Below, in pieces: positions 59,776-64,000 of a stretch of DNA of 64,000 bases (its first letter is position 1; each line of letters opens with the position of its first letter). Position numbers and translations under genes: made by a program. The notes beneath the pieces are model-generated. The model saw only the letters and a list, made by a program, of their open reading frames with translations. It ran no database searches and was not told the origin of the DNA. The DNA is taken from positions 3,534,001 to 3,598,000 of the forward strand of contig CM075988.1 of NCBI GenBank assembly GCA_038087875.1, given 5' to 3'. This DNA comes from Malacoraja senta (taxonomy: Eukaryota).

Positions 59776-60956
59776 ACTTCCCGATGTGACAAATAATTCT
59801 TGTTTTCGCTACTGAGGAGGATAGTTAGTTATGAAACATAGTCAACTGCTGATCTCAGATTAGGGTTTTCATTAAATTAATTAATTTAATTAGCTCAGGC
59901 TTTTAAGTTTTAAAATGTTTTTTCCGCAAGAACTTCTGGGACTTCACTTTGGGCCGAGCTTCCAGAGTCAAAGGCCAGGTCGTGCAGGATCTCAAAAAGA
60001 TCTCCAGACCAAGGAGATTATATATGGAGTACAGAACATTTTTGAAGTAAGTGAACCTCAGGAGATTTCGCAGTGGAGCAGTCAAAATGTGGAAACAAGG
60101 AACTGCAGATGCTGGTCCCCAAAGATAGACACAAAGTGGTGGAGTAACACTGTGCAGGTGCAGCGGTAGAGTTTCTGCATTACATTACAGCACCAGAGGC
60201 CCGGGTTCAGTCCTGTGTATGGCTGTTGCCTTCATGGAGTTTGCATGTTCTCCCTATGACTGTGTGGGTTTTCTCTGGGTGCTCCGGTTTCCTCCCATAA
60301 CCCAAAGACGCGCAGATTTGTAGGTTAATTGGCTTCTGTAAATTGTCTCCAGTGTGTAGGGTAGAACTAGTGTATGTCTGATCGCTGGTTGGCCCAGACT
60401 CAGTGGGCTGAAGGCCCTCATTCCACGCTGTACCTCTAAACTTAGCGGGTCAGGCAGCATCACTGGTGAAGGGTCGGAAGTAGGGTCTCGACCCCAAACG
60501 TCACCGATTCCTTCTCTCCAAAGATGCTGCCTGTCCTGCTGAGGTACTCCAGCTTTTTAAGTCTATCTTCAGGATCACTGGAGAAGATGGATAGGTGATG
60601 TTTCGGGTCGGCACCCTTCTTCAGACTGTTCTGACCCACTATGTTACTTCAGATCTCTGTGTCTAGCTTTGTAAACCAGCACATGCAGTTCCTTGTTTCG
60701 ACAGGCTGTTGAAGTTACGACCTTCAGTCAGAAGGATGTTTGAGAGATCATTTGTCATTTTCCGCCGTGTTTTTTTTTTTTTATTAATGCTTTATCTGAA
60801 GTTGAATTGCTATTGTGTTACTATTTTATTGCTTGATTGTTGCTTTAATATTGCTCCAATAAATCTTTGTGCTTCAGATTTTATATTGTCTGAGTGTCCT
60901 TCTCCATCATTGATCCGAACCCTTGAAGCCTTGTTTCCAATAACACACATGCAAGG

Positions 60957-61133
60957 TGTAGGAAAGAACTGCAAAAGCTGGTTTAAATGGATGATAGACA
61001 CAAAATGCTGGAGTAACTCAGCGGGACAGGCAGCATCACTGGAGATGTCTCGACCCGAAACGTCACCCATTCCTTCTCTCCAGAGATGCTGCCTGTCCCA
61101 CTGAGTTACTCCAGCATTTTTTGTCTATCTTCG
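60957..61133. mobile_element. Palindromic pLTR/hammerhead mini-element
   Basis: Inverted arms; plus arm retains tctcgacccGAAACGTC. Confidence 0.78.
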
Positions 61134-61184
61134 ACACACACAAAGTCTTTGTTATAGGAAACCAGTTGGGTTACTAATCCAGGG

Positions 61185-61505
61185 CCAGCACAGTGGCGCA
61201 GCAGTAGAGTTGCTGCCTTACTGCACCAGAGACCAGTGTTCGACCCTGATTACGGGTGCTGTCGGTACGGAGTTTGTACATTCTCCTGTGACTTGCGTGG
61301 GTTTTCTCCGGGAGTTCTGGTTTCCTCCCACATTCCAAAGATGTACAGGTTGATAGGTTAATTGGCTTCGGTAAAGATTGTAAATTGTCCCTAGTGTGTG
61401 TAGGATAGCGCTGGTGTACGGGGATCGCTGGTCGGTGCGGACTCGGTGGGCCAGAGGGCCTGTTTCTGCGCTGTTTCTCCAGAAACTAAAAAAACTAAAA
61501 CTATA
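61185..61505 (+). mobile_element. HE1/V-SINE-like SINE
   Basis: Head, core, tail. Confidence 0.87.
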
Positions 61506-61667
61506 TTAAATTGCCCTGACACTAGAAATACAAAATGGTGCTGCTGTATTAACAATAATTAGTTCTAATCGCCTGTCACCTACACCAAGGCAAGGATCAG
61601 AGTTTGAGTGATGCTTCATTGCACCGTGTTCCATCTGATATGACCTGTCTAATTTCAAAAATAGTAA

Positions 61668-61883
61668 AAGGCCTGTCCCACTTGGCGATATTTTCGGCGA
61701 CTGCCAGCATCATTGACTGATGTATCAAGTCACCGAAAAATACGCGGCGTGATGACGTATTGAACGCGCGGTGTTTTTTCAAGTGTAGCACCATTTGTTT
61801 TGTCGCCACTGGATTTTGAATTGTTCAAAATCTTTTGGCGACACTGATATGACGCCGAAAAAATCACCGTGGGACAGGACCTT
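61668..61883. mobile_element. MITE (PIF/Harbinger-like)
   Basis: aaggcctgtcccac ... gtgggacaggacctt, TAA flanks. Confidence 0.75.
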
Positions 61884-62173
61884 TAATGCTTTCATGATGT
61901 TCCTTGGAGGACCTCCCTGCAGCAACAGAAATGCCCTCATGTGGTTTATGGAGAATTTGTAGCAGTTCAGATGGATTGAAAACCAGATGGCAAGGAATCA
62001 AACACTTTTCTGTAAACAATCAATTTCATTTATAGGGGAAGAATATTCTATTGGATCTTAAATGCTGCACAAATGGGGCGGTGCTGTGCCGCAGCAGTGG
62101 AGTTGCTGCCTTACAGCGTCAGAGGCCCTGGTTCGATCCTTACTACAGGTGCTGTCTGTGCAGAGTTTGTACA

Positions 62174-63088
62174 TTTTACTTCGGAGTCACGTGAGTGACT
62201 ACGTGAAGAAGAGCCCGTCCAGCCGCACACGCATCATATCGTCAGACGCATAGTGCTGCGACCGTGTGTGGAGGAGCAAAGCTCCTCCAAGCGTTGAGTA
62301 AAGTAAAAGTCGGAAGGTAAGTGCTTTCACTTTCGCTTCCAGGTTCGCCTTTCTCGTCAGACTTGTTGGTGGAACTCCACTCAAGTTATTATGGAGAGAG
62401 GGCGTAGAGGAAGAAGACGTACCGCAGGTAAACCCCAAGTATGTGAGGGTAGCGGGCATCAGTTAGAGGAGTCAGTGGCAGCTCCTGTTGCGGTCGAAAG
62501 TGCCGTTGTACTGCCGGTGGGGCGCAAGGCAGGACAAAAGTCCGTATGACCAGTAGACTCTGATGAGTCAGACCCGGAGGTAAACCCTCCTCAGTCAGAA
62601 AATGTTATGGCTGCTAGGGTCGCTAGCTTAGAGTTCCTTATGGGGAAGATGATTTATCAAGAGCCCCCGCAGGAGGAATTTAGTCCGCATTGGCCTATGG
62701 GAGATACAGTGCATGGAGTGCCTTGGATGGGACAGGCACAACATTGGCCTACAGGAGAGCCATCAGGAATGTCTGCGCAAAGACAATACATAGGTTGGCC
62801 TACAGGAGAGCCAGTGCCCGAAATGCCAGAAAAAAGGCAGTATATGTGTTGGCCTACAGGAGAGCCAATGCCAGAAATGCCTGAACCAAGGCAGTATAAG
62901 CGTTGGTTCAGAGAAGTGCCAGCGCCAACAATGTCAGAAGAAAGACAGTATAAGCGTTGGCCTAGAGGTGAGCCAGCGCCAGCAGCACCTGAAATAGGGC
63001 TGCCTATCCGTGGGCCTACAGGAGAGCCCGCGCAGGGGGAATCTGGTAGAGAATATAATATGCGAAGGCCGATGGAAGAGCCAGTGCT
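62174..63088 (+). mobile_element. Second DIRS element (left ITR and ORF1 start), inserted in a SINE (62077-62173), continuing beyond the nested L1
   Basis: First ~37 nt identical to the left end of DIRS 21627; ORF1 with ~18-aa repeats (WPTGEP...RQY). Confidence 0.85.
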
Positions 63089-64000
63089 AGGCTGAGGGCG
63101 AAATGGATAGGTCAAACATACCACTCTTCATTCACTTCAAAATCTAGAGGCACGTCAATTATCATAAGAAAAGGTATACCATTTAAAGCAAAGAATATTA
63201 TAACAGATATAGAAGGGAGATACCTAATAGTTAATGGAGAAATCCATGACACTCCACTTACTTTGGTAAATATATATGCCCCTAACTTTGATAACCCCCA
63301 CTTTTTCAATAAAATCTTCAATATAATTGCAGAGTCAAACTATCAAAATGTTATAATAGGCGGAGACTTTAACTGTGTTTTAGATCCGTACTTAGATAAA
63401 TCAAGTCAAAAACAGAGAGGGAATATGAAATCGAAAACTGGGGAACTCCTCAATACCTACATAAATAACACTAATATAGCAGATGTTTGGAGAATTGTGA
63501 ATCCAACTGGCAGGGAATATTCGTTTTACTCAATGGTACATAAGACATACTCACGTATAGACTACTTTCTGCTGGATACAAAATTAATCCCCCAAACATC
63601 TAATGCAATATACCATACAAATTCAATTTCAGACCATTCTCCACTAACTTTCTTTTTAAAACTGGAAGGATTGTCTAAGAATAATTCATTCTGGAGATTT
63701 AACTCTCAAATTTTAAAAGATCCACAAGCGAGTATATATTTAAAAGAACAAATGGAGGTCTTTTTTCAAACAAATGATACTTCAGATATATCACCTACCT
63801 TACTTTGGGAATCTTTTAAAGCATACATTAGGGGTATTATAATTTCATATCAAGCTTTTCAAAATAAAAAGAATAAGAATGAACAAAGACAGTTAGAAGA
63901 ACTTATTAGACAAATGGATATAGATAATGCTAAAGATCCATCAATAGATAAACATAATAAAATAATAATTTTAAAATTTAAATTAAATAAATTATTATCT
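63089..64000 (+). mobile_element. Young AT-rich L1, 5'-truncated in the endonuclease domain; ORF2 open to the window end
   Basis: RLRAKWIGQTYHSSFTSKSRG...NIYAPN...GGDFN...SRIDYF...SDHSP; clear paralog of ORF 8905-12690. Confidence 0.93.

Noticed and set aside
61580..61645. Possible extra KIRREL3 exon (AG...GT bounded)
   Set aside because: No similarity to the expected transmembrane exon, and its only open frame has no support.

Overview
Repeat-saturated vertebrate genomic DNA. The HE1/V-SINE-like SINEs, CR1, RTE, Tx1 and Penelope content suggest a cartilaginous fish (skate, ray or shark); this is an inference. The only host gene I can support is the 3' end of KIRREL3 or a close paralog on the minus strand: three coding exons at 52366-52466, 47949-48035 and 40783-41223, ending in the PDZ-binding motif THV. 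Positions 4902-30561 form one full-length L1, bounded by a 12-bp TSD and inserted in an old RTE. It has been inflated from about 5.6 kb to 25.7 kb by nested insertions: two head-to-tail non-autonomous Helitrons, a complete DIRS tyrosine-recombinase retrotransposon and two CR1 insertions. The first Helitron carries a second L1, which in turn carries two antisense AT-rich L1s; one of these has an intact ORF2 and a perfect 234-bp flanking duplication. A Penelope-like element with a minimal hammerhead ribozyme sits at the left edge. About 20 short, often palindromic, TSD-flanked elements derived from Penelope hammerhead/pLTR sequence are scattered through the window. All calls come from reading motifs by eye; no database searches were run, and boundaries of old repeats are approximate.
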